Assembly: GCA_951804945.1 (NCBI GenBank)
Contig: OX638150.1
Location: 50,654,001-50,718,000 of the forward strand
Direction: 5' to 3'
Source: Podarcis cretensis
Lineage: Eukaryota
DNA length: 64,000 nucleotides
Below the pieces are notes generated by a model. It ran no database searches. It was not told the DNA's origin and saw only the letters and a program-made list of their open reading frames with translations. The position numbers and the translations under genes were made by a program. Of this stretch, positions 10,686 to 22,567 are shown one piece after another; the stretch's first letter is position 1, and the number at the start of each line of letters is the position of its first letter.

Positions 10686-10789
10686 TTACCGATGTAGGCT
10701 TTCCTGGGCCTCCTGCAGCAGGCTGTCGAAATCCATGGTCTCATATTTGCTTTTTATCAGAGCTGGGGAGGACTCTTCTGTGTTGGAAT
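10686..10789 (-). CDS. PPARGC1B: PPARGC1B exon 12 (terminal coding part)
   Basis: (D)SNTEESSPALIKSKYETMDFDSLLQEAQESLHR*, the PGC-1 family C-terminal DFDSLL motif; acceptor accAG at 10790-10791; TAA at 10686-10688. Confidence 0.96.
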
Positions 10790-11597
10790 CTGGTGTCAGG
10801 AGAGAAGAAGTACACATGTTGGTCAAAGGAAAAAGCAAAACCTGTTCAGCACTCCCCAAAAGAGGCAGAGAAGAGCCATACTATGCATTCTCTCCCTCTT
10901 GTTGTTGTTTTTTTATATTAGCATTCCTCACATATTTGGCGTGGAGAAATTACGTAATTACTACACAACAGGAACTTAGGAGGAAGGAGAATTCCCTTTG
11001 GCCCACATTTTTAAGTGGGTTAGTCAAATATACACCTTCTGGTCTAATAATGTGGACTGTAGTTCAATTATCCTACAGGTTACAATTTCCAGCTCAGCAA
11101 AACGCCAAAATGTGTGTTTATTTAAAAAAAAATACTTTTCAAAAATACTTTTTAAAAATACAAGTGAGGAATAGGAGATTAGATTCCTGATTTATTCCTG
11201 CTGATTGTGTTTTGCAATTCATTTTTGTGCTGCTGAAACTTTTGTTTTTGTCATTGTTTATTTATTGTGTTCTTTTTAGAAAAATAGTATTTTTTTTAAA
11301 AAAGTAAAATGCCATATAAGGTTCCGCTTCATAGCATATATTAAGATAAATAAGAAATACATACACAATATATATTTCAGTATATAACTGTGCTATTGTA
11401 TTAAATACAGTCTTTCCTAATCCTAAAATAACACATTGTATAAGGACCTATGATTGCCTGATGAATGCACTCTACCATTCCATTAGTCAATGAATAAGCT
11501 CCAGTTCTGTTAGGTTTCGGCCTACATTCTCTCATTGTTAAATAGCTTGTAAGCTTAGTTATTACTGCAAATTCAATACATTTTTGCCTCCCATTCT

Positions 11598-11694
11598 GTT
11601 AGCTCAGTTGGAGCAGGAGCATAATCTCAGGGTCATGGGCAAAAGATTCATGCATTGCAGGGGGTTAGACTACATGACCCTCACAGTCCCTTCC
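11598..11694 (+). mobile_element. tRNA-Lys-derived SINE with CR1-like tail (degenerate)
   Basis: TAGCTCAGTTGG...TAATCTCAGGGTCATGGG head followed by gcattgcagggggttagac...cccttcc tail. Confidence 0.7.
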
Positions 11695-12298
11695 CTTCTT
11701 TTTCCTAGGATTTGAATGTTTTTTCCAATATTTTGAGTAACATTTTACAGTGTCTACAATAATGCCAGACATCAGTTCTCCTAGCTGGTTTTTGTGTGTT
11801 TGTCAATACAAATAAGGTAGGTTCTAAATATTGTGGTACTTTTTATTTCCCCTATTATATTCTTAATCTGGGATGTGTTTGGGCTTGGTTTGTTGGTTTG
11901 CCTTTTCATACAACCATAAAATACTTTTATTGTATTATATAGCTGCTGTATACTGCTTTGGAGGCCCTTCCAGTAAAATAAAAAGGCCTATAAATTGGAA
12001 TATAAACCACTACAACAAAATAGTGACAAGCCAGAGAAAGTGAGCAAGCTGAAGCTCTATTGAATGTTTGTGTGTAGTTGATCCAATCAACTCTGTAATA
12101 ACCCAAGGTATCCCCCTAATAGCTTAAACAAACTATAAAGGATAATAAATAGAAGTGAACCTGTTGGACCGTCAATGAGCATTATGTACAAATGATAACA
12201 AACACAATGGGAGACAGCGCAGCAAAGAAATCATCACCACCCAAACAAGGGATGGAGGAGGAAGTGGACCGCTTTGGAGTGACATGGGGGTGGCTTAC

Positions 12299-12453
12299 CC
12301 AAGTCAGTGTATCTGGTCCAGAAGAAGTGCCCAAAGCCACCGTAGCTCAGCTGGAACAAGGGCTCATTTCTTTTCCTTAGCGAGGCACCATTCTTCAAGG
12401 ATAAGGCGGCATGTTCTGAACACCGATACGTGATGAAGCCATATTTATCTCCC
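12299..12453 (-). CDS. PPARGC1B: PPARGC1B exon 11 (RRM C-terminal half)
   Basis: (R)[51 protein letters not shown]; 155 nt; AG/GT sites; phase 2 to 1. Confidence 0.97.
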
Positions 12454-13215
12454 CTGAGAAACAAAATGGAGAACTTAAGCACAGGCAACAATTTACTGCC
12501 ATTCATTTGTGTTACGTTTTTTGTAAACCTCCAAAGGACACATCGTTTTCTCCTCAAAGAAGGTAGATGGAGCTGGAAGGTAGTGGTCATCCCAGTGTGC
12601 CTTTGTGGTTAGCCAGGGATTAGAAGCCAGGTGCTCTGCCCACTACACCACACCAGTCTCTCTGCCTACACTGGTCTCATTGAAATGAATGGACATGACT
12701 AAGTGAGGTCCAATAGTTTCAACAGATTTACTCTGAGTAAGGCTTAGCTGAATACCCCCCTCTAGTTCTCCTTGCATGCCAAACTTTGTAGGTCATTAGA
12801 ACCTAACAACCCTTGAGTCCAAATATATTACATAGGTCTCCACATCTCTCTTTATTTAGGAGAAAGGGAGACTCATTATTTTATAATCAAGCAGATCCCT
12901 AGAACAAAAAGAATTTCAAAGGGCAACAGTCCCATGAAATAACACTGGAGAAAGCATTATGTCTCTTTAAAATCCTGTGAAGCAGCATCTCTTCAGATCA
13001 CCATTGTACCACAGCAGCAGACACTTTCCCAAAGAACAGACATTTCCAGAGTCGTCCCCACAAAAAACACTCTCCAGCTTTCAATCCCCAAATAAGACTG
13101 AAGTCCTGTCTCTCATGTCATGCAGGATAGACAGGCTAGGTTCCTGGTGCTCAGATCTCCAAAAGTTCCTGCTGGTTCTAGCAGTGAGGGAGGGGGAAGC
13201 ATAGCTTTGACCCAC

Positions 13216-13337
13216 CTTTTATTCCTGGTCAAAACGCAACACTCAACAATCTCTCCGAACACCTCAAAGCGCTTCTTCAGTTCAGTGGAGCTCATACTGC
13301 TGGCAAGGTTTCTGATGTACACGACGCGGCCTTCTCC
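13216..13337 (-). CDS. PPARGC1B: PPARGC1B exon 10 (RRM N-terminal half)
   Basis: [40 protein letters not shown](R); 122 nt; phase 0 to 2. Confidence 0.97.
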
Positions 13338-13943
13338 CTGTTCAGGGATGAGAATAATTGCTTAGGCCTGTCCTGATACAACTCTTTCTTCTTCTTCTGA
13401 CTGAACTCTTCCTATCCCCCAACCTGCTTTAACAACAAGGCAGCATGATGTTGTGTAACAAATGCACAAATTCTATCTGCTGAAATGGCTCTTTGAGGAG
13501 TAGCTGCCAGCTAGCGCTTCATGGCTAGCTTGCCTATCGTGCACCCTTTATCATCTTATTTTATGTCTCCCTTTCAAAAGCTGCAGCTTTCCCGCATTTC
13601 AGCTTCACTACAAAGTTGCCATGGAATCACAATTCCCACTGTTCTCTGTAAGTGCTTGTTGATGAATTCGGCACCAAGTTTCTCCTGGGTCAAGAACTGA
13701 ATCTGTTGCCGGTTATGTTTACTTTATTTCTTTCTAATTCATCATCTTAAACTGGTGTTGGGCCAAGTGATACTGCAACATGTACTGTGCCACTCCTACT
13801 TGGAGTGGGAGTCAAATGAAAATTGCTTTGTCCCTAAATTCAGATGAACTTTCAAAAGAGGGAGTCAACCGATCTGGTTGGAAACCACACCATTCCCACT
13901 TGATTTATTACAGAAGCCCTCACACAGCAAACAGGTCACTTAC

Positions 13944-14013
13944 AATGGCTTTTTCTCTCCTCTTCTCCATCTGTCCAACAGTTCCATCTTGACACTGCTT
14001 GCCATTTTCGTAT
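13944..14013 (-). CDS. PPARGC1B: PPARGC1B exon 9
   Basis: (R)YENGKQCQDGTVGQMEKRREKAI; 70 nt; aaacAG acceptor, GTAAGT donor; ends in the conserved KRREKAI. Confidence 0.92.
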
Positions 14014-14900
14014 CTGTTTGATAAACAAGAAGACACATGAATTTAGTCCTGAATGGACTCTGGCTGGTCTGAGCGCTAGAAACCACAAGGTATTAGAGGC
14101 ACAATTGTTGCTTGCAGGGACAGGCTCACAGCACAAAGAATGCTGTGTCTGCAACAGCAGGCTTTCAAAGACAAATGCCAGCATCCAGCATAAAAAGGAG
14201 AAACGGCAAGGCATCAAATACAGGGGGGAAAGGGTGGACAGAAATAAATTTGCAGAGCCTAATATGTTTCAAAATTCTTCTCCATGCTTAGGTACAACCA
14301 ATTTGAGTCTTTGGCTTCCAATTCTGATGCAAAAGGTCTTATTTCTGCCCACCTGGATGTTTCTTCCCTCTTTTTCCCCTTCTATCAAGAGTATTTCTTC
14401 TGCAAAGGGAAAGGCTTGAGACATTCAGACAAGGGGCTGGCAATCTAGTGGAGCAAACTGCTAATGGAAGGGGAAAGGAGATTGCTCCCTCCAGTCTCTT
14501 CTGCCACTGCCCAGGCTGTTCCCGAGGGTCCTCCAACTTTCCAAAACAGATATTCAGGGGATGCAGAGGAGAACTGGCAAAAATGGCTTCTGCTACTTCT
14601 GTGAGAGGTCCTGTGAGTGAAACTTCGCTCACAGGGATTTCTGGACCCACCCAACCCAGTCTCTTTCAGAGTAATTGTATTATCTATAAAGCAGCATGGA
14701 TGTGCACGGCACCTCCTGGAGAAACATAAGCAAAAAGTCAGCACCTCTGTCAGAGGGCCACCTGTAAAGCAGTAGCTACCATTGTGAGGGAGCCGGTAAA
14801 GACCAGCCAATGCAACCCACTACAATTTTGCTCACCACTGGTCTCTCTGAGCCCTTTCGCCAAAGACCCTGTGAACTCACAAATGTGCAGAGAAGCCCAC

Positions 14901-15672
14901 CTGCTTGCTGGAGACCTGGACCTGCAGCACGAAGACTCAGAATCAGACCTGCTTCGGGAGCAATAGTGCAAACTGGCCCTGGAAAGAGGGTTCTTGTAGG
15001 GGCACATCTTGGATTCCAATGGACTTGTGCAGCACTCTTCCTCCTCCTCTTCTTCCTCCTCCTCCTCCTCTTCCTCCAGCGGGGAACCAATCTCACTGCA
15101 GCTGTCCTCAAAGACGGTGTCATATTCAGGCGTCTTGCTGAAGGCCGCCTCCCCGGCATCGAGGGCACTGTCCAAGAGGCCAAAGTGTTTTGTCAAGCTG
15201 GCCCTGATCTCCTGGTCCCTCAGCTGCTGGCTTCCCTCCTTCACTGAGGTCCCATTGACGCCCTCCTGACTCTCGTGCTGATAGTGCACATCAGGGGCTC
15301 TCCGCTTGTGTTTGTTTTCCACATGGCTCAGGGGCTCCCAAGATTTCAGCACCTTCCTCTGGAGTGAGGTCTCGGGCTTCAAGACCTGGCAATAGTCGTG
15401 GTCACCGAAAGAGCGTGAGAAAGGGCGCTTCAGCACCCCATGTGGCTCGGGGTGGGGCAGGTGGGGGGTGGACCGACTCAGGTGTGCGTACAGCTCTGTC
15501 CGCACCGGGTGCTTCTTCTGCTTCTTCCCGGAGGCTGCCCTGTCCCCCATCATTGGCTGTGGCTCAGAGCTGGTGATGATGGCAGTCTCCTTGGCTGGCC
15601 TCTGGTGAATGTCTGGCTTATACAGGTCCTCCTCTGAAGGCTTGTATGGTGGAGTAGTTGGTGGTGTGAGAC
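14901..15672 (-). CDS. PPARGC1B: PPARGC1B exon 8
   Basis: (G)LTPPTTPPYKP...SFGDHDYCQ (HCF-binding DHDY)...LRDQEIRASLTKHFG...E14 tract (15035-15076)...SRSRS; 772 nt; phase 1 to 2. Confidence 0.95.
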
Positions 15673-15807
15673 CTTATCTCCCCCAAGGAAGCAAAAGGAT
15701 AAAGGTCTTTCAGTACAGAAGCATGAAAGTTAAAACAAACAAGAAAGCTGCCTTGACAAGGGGAGTTAGACTTGTTCCCTCATTGTACACCGCCACATCT
15801 GTCAAAC

Positions 15808-15941
15808 CAGTTTCCCAAACTTGGGTCTCCAGCTGTTGCTGGACTACAACTCCCATCAACCCTAGCTAGCAGTACAAGTGGTCCAGGATGATGGGAATTA
15901 TAATCCAAAACCAGCTGGAGACCCAAGTTTGGGAAACCCTG
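15808..15941. mobile_element. Palindromic ~130-bp hAT-type MITE
   Basis: Arms tttcccaaacttgggtctccagctg / cagctggagacccaagtttgggaaa are perfect inverted repeats. Confidence 0.85.
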
Positions 15942-16222
15942 CTGCATAATTGATTCTGGGCCAGCTGCACTTCTGTTTACAGCTAGCTTCTTGTCTTGGG
16001 GAAATGGTAATAGCAGTTCTCAAGGAGTTGGTGAGGACACAGGCACTTATGTTAGATAGCTGCCATTTCAGATGAAGGGGGTCCCTTTCCTTCAAGTCAA
16101 TGGCTTTATGCAGAATTAACATCCTGAAGTCACTAGCTGACCATGAGGTCCTTGGCACTGGCCCACCTTCTCTTCACATTTTGCAGGATGTGGCAGACTC
16201 GTAAAGCGAATTCCACCCTTAC

Positions 16223-16287
16223 CTGCAGTGCCACACAGCTCTACGGTCAGAACTTGCTCGAAATTGCGCTTTCCAAATGTTGGTTCT
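16223..16287 (-). CDS. PPARGC1B: PPARGC1B exon 7
   Basis: (T)EPTFGKRNFEQVLTVELCGTA(G); 65 nt; tttAG / GTAAGG. Confidence 0.96.
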
Positions 16288-16981
16288 CTAAAGAGGAGGA
16301 GAAAAGGAGATTGTAGAGGTCATGGAAGAGATAAGGTGTATGTTAAAGATGGAGACATCACAATTCACATACTAAACCAGAAACAAGGAAGCTGTAAAGA
16401 TAAAGTGACTCTGGCCAAACCTTCAAGGGTCAGTTGCCATGTCGAACAGGTTTCTAAATGGCCATGCAACTGGTAAGGACCAGAGAGCAGGGAATAGTTC
16501 CAGGTAACTATGCAGTGAAAGTTTTGCAAACTAGAAGGAAACTGCTCTCCATGACCACCCTTATAGGCTACTACAGTGTCACAAATGGCCAGCATATGCT
16601 AGTAAAAAGTGTATATGGGCTAATACCATTTGTGGACTTATTTGCACACAATTATGTTATATTTTCATGAATGCATTAGGGCACAAGGGAGAAACGTGCT
16701 AAGAGGAAGGCATGCTTGGCAAACCCACACCGTGGTCAACTCCCACCCGGAAACCAATGTCCCCACTGTGGAAGGACGTATGGATCCAGAATTGGCCTCC
16801 ACAGCCACTTACGGACTCATTGTTAAAACTATGTTTATGGAAGACCATCTTACTCGGCTACGAGTGATCACCACAGAAGAAGAAGGGCAGCAAAGTTCTC
16901 AGACAGCCCTGTGCCAAGTTCCTGACACCTGAGGCTATATCCTCCTCCACTAACAATATGTATTTTTGGTATTTCACTTAC

Positions 16982-17018
16982 GTTGTTGCCAAGGGCATCG
17001 ACAGACACCTTGGTGCTT
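16982..17018 (-). CDS. PPARGC1B: PPARGC1B exon 6 (37 nt)
   Basis: (E)APRCLSMPLAT(T), cf. mammalian SPRCLMLALSQ; tttcAG / GTAAGT; phase 1 to 2 fits neighbours. Confidence 0.92.
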
Positions 17019-17159
17019 CTGAAAGAAAAACAAACAGGAAAAAGCAGAATGACTCAGTGAGCCACATCCGTGCCTTTGAACTGGACTAGGTTGCTCATGA
17101 GAAAGCAGATTAAGACCAAACAAAGCAAGACTGGATCTTCTGAATCTGACATCTTTTTT

Positions 17160-17470
17160 TTTAACACTTAAAAGGCAGTAGGGAGATAATTGGATCAGGG
17201 TTGCAGGGCTGGGAGAGCAGGGATTAGTCCTACCTGCTTCTGCAGTTTCCCTGATTTAAATCTGCCCTCCCCACAAGCTGCTATTGGGAAAAAGAGAGAG
17301 GCCTGTAATGCCTGCCTTTAACCCCTGCCCTCAATAATCAATAGCAGCCGTTGGGGGAGGAGGAAAGAGTTAAATTAGAGAATTGCCACAGGGTAAAGGA
17401 CTACCCTCCCCCCGCCCAATACTGAAGCTCTGATCCAATTCAGGACTCTCTACTGTTGTTTTAAGATGTA
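17160..17470. mobile_element. Old palindromic non-autonomous DNA-transposon-like element
   Basis: Left arm cagtagggagataattggatcagggt and right arm gctctgatccaattcaggactctctactg are imperfect inverted repeats. Confidence 0.5.
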
Positions 17471-17654
17471 AAAGGAGAGACACTGAGGGTCTGATCCTGG
17501 GTTTCCCACACCACGCCTGGTTTGCTCCTTAGTCACCTGGGTTGTAAGAAGCTGGAAGCTCAGATAGTGTCCTCTGCAGCTCTGACAGTCTATAAGAGTC
17601 CCTCCACAGAGTTTGTGTAACTTCTAAAGATACTCCCATCAAACTTTGCCAGTA

Positions 17655-17791
17655 CAGTCATACCTCGGGTTACAGACACTTCAGGTAGCGTTTTTTCAGG
17701 TTACGGACCTGCCAAAACCCAGATACCAGAACGCTGCGGGTTGTGAACGTGCATCCCACACGGATCATGTTCGCAGCCCGAGCGTCCACTG
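17655..17791. mobile_element. Short Tigger/pogo-like MITE
   Basis: TA|CAGTCATACCTCGGGTTAC...CCCGAGCGTCCACTG|TA; internal sequence similar to the 52445-52646 element. Confidence 0.7.
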
Positions 17792-17904
17792 TACTGAATT
17801 CCTCCTTTGCCACAACACTGCCACAACCCACCCTCTCCGTGCTCCATGAGCTTTTACAGGATATGTTCCCTGTGTTTGACTCAAAGCACGGGCCTTCCCT
17901 TACA

Positions 17905-18090
17905 GGAAGGGACAGAGCTCAACCGAAGAGCCATGTGCCTTGCTTGCAGAAGGAGCCAACCCACAGTATCTCCAAGTAGGCCTGGAAAAGACCTGGAAAG
18001 CCACTGCCAGACACTGTGGACAACCCTGAGCTGCATGGCCCATTGGTCTGGCTCAGTATAAGGCAGCTTTCTATGTCCCTTCCCATGTTC
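17905..18090 (+). mobile_element. tRNA-derived squamate SINE (Squam3-like), degenerate
   Basis: ...ttgcagaagg...atctccaagtagg...ggtctggctcagtataaggcagctttctatg; same family as 32113-32306 and 44434-44613. Confidence 0.65.
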
Positions 18091-18120
18091 CCCATACGTC
18101 CAGACTCTTACTTAGGGTAC

Positions 18121-19279
18121 CTGTCTGATGCAAAAGGGTGCAGCACTGGCTCTCGCTTATCTCACATGCTTCGCTCTCCCCGGAGCTCTCTGGTGAGGGG
18201 GTTTGCAGCTCCATCGGGAGACTCTGATACCTGTCCTCTGCCTCTCCTGCACCGCTCACTTCGACCTCTGCTGCTGGTGCTTCCCTGTCAAAGTTCTGCA
18301 GAGTGGAGGAGCACAGGGACAGTTCTGGGGAGGCCACTTTGTTTTGAGGGGGTGTGGCCGGATCAGGGGGAGAATCGTCAAGGAAGGAAAGCCAGAGACT
18401 GAGCTCAGGGTTGAGTCTTTTGGAGCGCCGCACGGCATAAATAAAGCTCTCCTGCTTGCGGCCTGCCTTCCCAAAGGCCAGCTGGGGCCGCTTTGCACAG
18501 TCCTCCTCCTCCTCCGCAGGGCCGCCGGTCTCTTCCTTCACCTCGGGCTCCGCTTTGGGGCCCTGCCTGGGCTCCGTTTTCACCTCTGGTGGCATTCTGC
18601 CCGCGGACTTGCATGCCTCCATGGATCCCCCAGCAGCCTCGGGTGGCGGAGCTCCTGGAGCCTTGGGTGGCTGCAACCTGGTCAAGGAGGCGTATGCAGG
18701 CTTGGCCAACCGGTAAGGCTTGCTCACATCACACGGGAGGTCCCTGGCAAGCAGCTCCTTCAGGATGGAGAAGCTGGCTGCGGGGGCTCTGGGCTGCTTG
18801 CAGCCCGCTGAGAGGTGCCAAGAGCTGGGCGGGCAACTGTCCTTGCTGCAGAGCGGAGGCCGCTGCAGGGGGCAATCTGGCTTGGCCCTCTTGGAGGGGC
18901 TGTGGAAATGCTGGTGTCTCGCATCGGCAAGGTCTGTGGGGGGCAGCTTTCTGGGGGGAAGGCAGTAAGTGTGCATGTAGCGGATGAGCTCCACAGTAGC
19001 GTGCAGCTCCTTCTCTCCGGTGCCTTCCTCGGAGGAAGACGGCGGAGTCGCTGCCATGTTGCCGCAGGGCAGCAACTCTTCACCGGAGTCGCTGTCCTCT
19101 CCATGGTGGGCGCAATATCTCTGGGGCTCCGTGCCGCCACTGTGGCACTCATCCGGCGGCCAGTTGTCCTTTGTGTGTGGGCAGTGGGCAGTGATGGAGG
19201 TGAGGTGCTTATGAAGCTCGGTGCAGCTCCGGCTCTGAGCCTGGAGAAAACTCGGCTTTCGGTCTCGGACACCGTCCAC
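18121..19279 (-). CDS. PPARGC1B: PPARGC1B exon 5 (large exon)
   Basis: VDGVRD...QSRSCTELHKHLTS...VELIRYMHTYCLP...FSILKELLARDLPCDVSKPYRLAKP (LxxLL)...VRRSKRLNPEL; 1159 nt; phase 0 to 1; alternative donor at 18112. Confidence 0.95.
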
Positions 19280-22200
19280 CTTCAAGAGCAGAGGGAAATG
19301 GAAGTTAGGCTAACCCAGAATGAGTTTCTTCCCAGCCACACCATATACAGAGAGTCCTCATCTCCTCATCACATTCCATGTTTGGTGGTTACAGTAAGCA
19401 ACTGCAGCAGATTTCTGTAGAAATGTTTACACCCCAGAAGATTTTATGGAATCAATAATCTACTGTATATGAAGAACTATTCAGCCTCTTCTGTGGTTAC
19501 CCTGGTAATTTATCAGTTACATTTCATTAAATGCCTATAGGATCTGTCTGATTTAATTTTATAAAGCAACTACTTGTACTCTGTGTAACTTATTTGTTCT
19601 CATCTACTTTCAGAGAACTTGCAGAATCTGGCTTTTTCGTGTCAGATTCTAAGGTAGTAAATGAAGGGCCTTGCATCCAAGCCACTAAACTGTATTTGCC
19701 GTCTTCTTCTTCTTCCTCAGCAGTCAGTTTTTTGGTAGCAAGCACCAATACTACTTTCCAGTAAAGGTTGATGCTTAATGCAAGCCTCACTCTGCCCTGT
19801 GTTTCAATTCCTGTTAAGCTGACTGAGCAAATACTGTGGGCATTTATCAGATGATGCCTTTGACACCACTAATAATGAGGGGAGCATTTGTTACCACCAT
19901 GGTCAAGTAGGCCCTTGCCCTGCCTGAATCAGAGAAGAAAATGGATGATGAAAACTTATCTACCTATGCATGGATCTCTGCTATCTCTCAGCACAAAGCC
20001 TATGGCATATGTACACAAGCTAAGTAATGGGAGGACATGCCCGTTCTTTAAGAATCACATATAAGAGTCATCTGTGCACAACTTGAAGAGAAACAGTAAA
20101 AGCTGGGTGGAAGGTTAAATTGATTCCATCCTTATCCTCCTATGTTTGTGTATGTGTAAGTATAACAGAAGAATAGGAGGGATGTAACCTGTTGAGATGC
20201 AGAGCCTTGTTCCTTAGTGAATGCCCTGGGTAGGAGAAATCAAATGAAGATTTGGGGAAGCTGCTGGAAGCTAATGCAGGGTTTAAAGAACTGGGCAGGA
20301 GAGATGAGAAAGGAGAGGATGTATGTACACTTTCAACAGCTCCTTTCAAGAACTGCACAGAGCAAGAGAGATCAAAGGGATTCTTCACACCCCTTGCATC
20401 AAATTTATTTCTAGCTGCTGTATGTGGCAAATAGTATTGATTTGCCTCCCCATTCTTCCAGTTGGCATGGAAGGGTCACTGTCTCTCTCTTTCTCCACCC
20501 CCCCTCCCCACTTAGCCCTGCCTTTCCCATGCAATCTAAATCCACTTGCCTAATGCACTGCACAATTTCCATCACCCAAGTGGAAAATCTTTAATGGCAT
20601 CTTGTGTGGATTTCAGGGGATTAGTTTAAATGACTGGACTGGTTCTGCAACTTTACGAGTAGCTCTTTGCCCAGCTAAAGTCAATTCAGTCAGCTGCTGG
20701 GAAGCTCCATTCTAATTTGGGGTCAAGGATGAGAGTGAGAGAGAAGAGGGGAAAGATCATCATGACAAAATTTAAAGACGAAGGGAATCTGGGGAAAATA
20801 AAGAGGCTCTTTGTACACCGCACTCCAAAGGGCACACAGATGAAAGCCTTCTTGTTTTGAGAAGGCTCACTCTGATATCACTACCAGTGTCCTGTTTTTT
20901 CTCTCTCATCTCTCCTTTAACCCAGGTATGGCCAGCTTCTGTATTCATGGCTCTTTATTCCTGCTACGCAACCCAAATTCCTCAAGGGTAGACAAACCGT
21001 ACAAAACAGTGGATTCCACCTGTCAGTACTGGTCTCACAGTTTATGGAGCATGTCTGCCTGGACACCGTAGCTAGGGCACTACTACAGTGGCCCGATGTG
21101 AGAGGACAGGGCTCCTGCAACATCCATAAATGTGCATGACAAGCTACACTGGCTGAAATTCCCTCTCCAACACCACCATTAAAGGGCACAGGAGCCCAGA
21201 TTTCTTTTGCATCTAGCTGCCCTAGCTGCTTTCTTCACATCCCCACAGAGAGATATAAATAACGAAAAGGTTTTTTTTAAAAAAAAATCCCTTGCCTCTT
21301 GATAAATTTAGAAAGAAAAATAAAATCTCTATGAGTGAGACTAGGGCAAGCTTTTTTAAACCACCCCTTGATTAACATTTGGTATGTTCACATGGGACTG
21401 CATAAAAATGCATGATGGCCTGTCAATGGATGACCTTTGGCTAAATAATAAAGATTTGAAGATCCAGGGTACCACCTCAATTTTAAAGGACAACAGTGAC
21501 AGTAAAAAACCAGATTTAAGTCAACATGACCAAGATGCATTGTTTTTGCTTAAAGTAGTAAGCAAAGATCTTGCTTAGCTAGGCCAGGGTCCTATCATGC
21601 ACCCTAAGTAGGGCTACTCCAATGGCTCACTTGGATGCTCCAGGTAGTACAAGATGCAACTGAGTCACCCGCTGGCCCTCTGGTGCCACTGCCCCAACAG
21701 CTGCCGTTAGTTCAAACTGCTCTGATGACACACATAGGTCACGGCCATCTCAGTCCAAGTTCCACATGCATTTAATGGGAGATCAATGCCACCCTCACTT
21801 TGGGCAGCATGTCATGGGCTTTCAAGCCCCAACTTCTGAATGCATCTCAATTAAATGATCGATGGAGGCTCTGATGTGCTTGAAGCACTGTGGCCAAACA
21901 TGCACAAGAGGGCCTTTTTGACTGTGGCACCTTGGTTGCACAAAAGGCCTGCTTGTCTACCTCACTGCTCACCTCCTGGCACACAACCAACCCCGGGCTT
22001 ATTCAGGAAAGGTTGTGAGCTGATTAAGGCTGCAGTCCTATATACACTCATCTGGAAGTAAATCCCACTTTCTGAGTAGACATCACCATGATTACACTGG
22101 TAAGAGTGGCCATGGGAACTATTTTTGCCTGCTACAACTTTTTTTGTTGGTGAAAACATTGTCACCACTTTCTGGTTTTATTGGTGAAGTTAAGCCGTTA

Positions 22201-22450
22201 CTGCAAGCAACCTCAAGTGTTTTGAGGAGAGGCAAGACAGCAGTCATTTAACAAATAAATAAAAAATTACAAAACACTTCTAACAATACTGATGGGAGTG
22301 TGCCAGTGCTTACTAGGCTTTCCTAGACCATACTTCTTCTGTTTAAAATGGGAGGTGAGCTGTAATGTGCAACATGGATTTAATCTTGGGTAAATATAGT
22401 GCGGTGTGCTATCTTAGGGCAAAGGTTAGGGTTGCTAAGGCAAACAATAC

Positions 22451-22567
22451 CTTTGTACAGGGTCGCTGGGGTCTGGATTTGGGAGTTCCTTGACGCCATG
22501 TGCTCCCCTCTCTCTGAACCTCATAGCTTGGAGGCACATTGGATGGAGAAAGGAGCAACTTCTTCAG
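22451..22567 (-). CDS. PPARGC1B: PPARGC1B exon 4 (117 nt, LKKLL NR box)
   Basis: LKKLLLSPSNVPPSYEVQREGSTWRQGTPKSRPQRPCTK; ttccAG / GTATTG; phase 0-0. Confidence 0.95.

Noticed and set aside
14860-14900. Alternative exon 8 donor TTT|GTGAGT
   Set aside because: Phase 1, incompatible with exon 9; AG|GTGGGC at 14901 keeps the frame.
18016-19420. Multiple 130-200 aa ORFs antisense to or overlapping exon 5 (and exon 8, 14776-15247)
   Set aside because: Shadow ORFs of GC-rich coding sequence; no recognisable domains.
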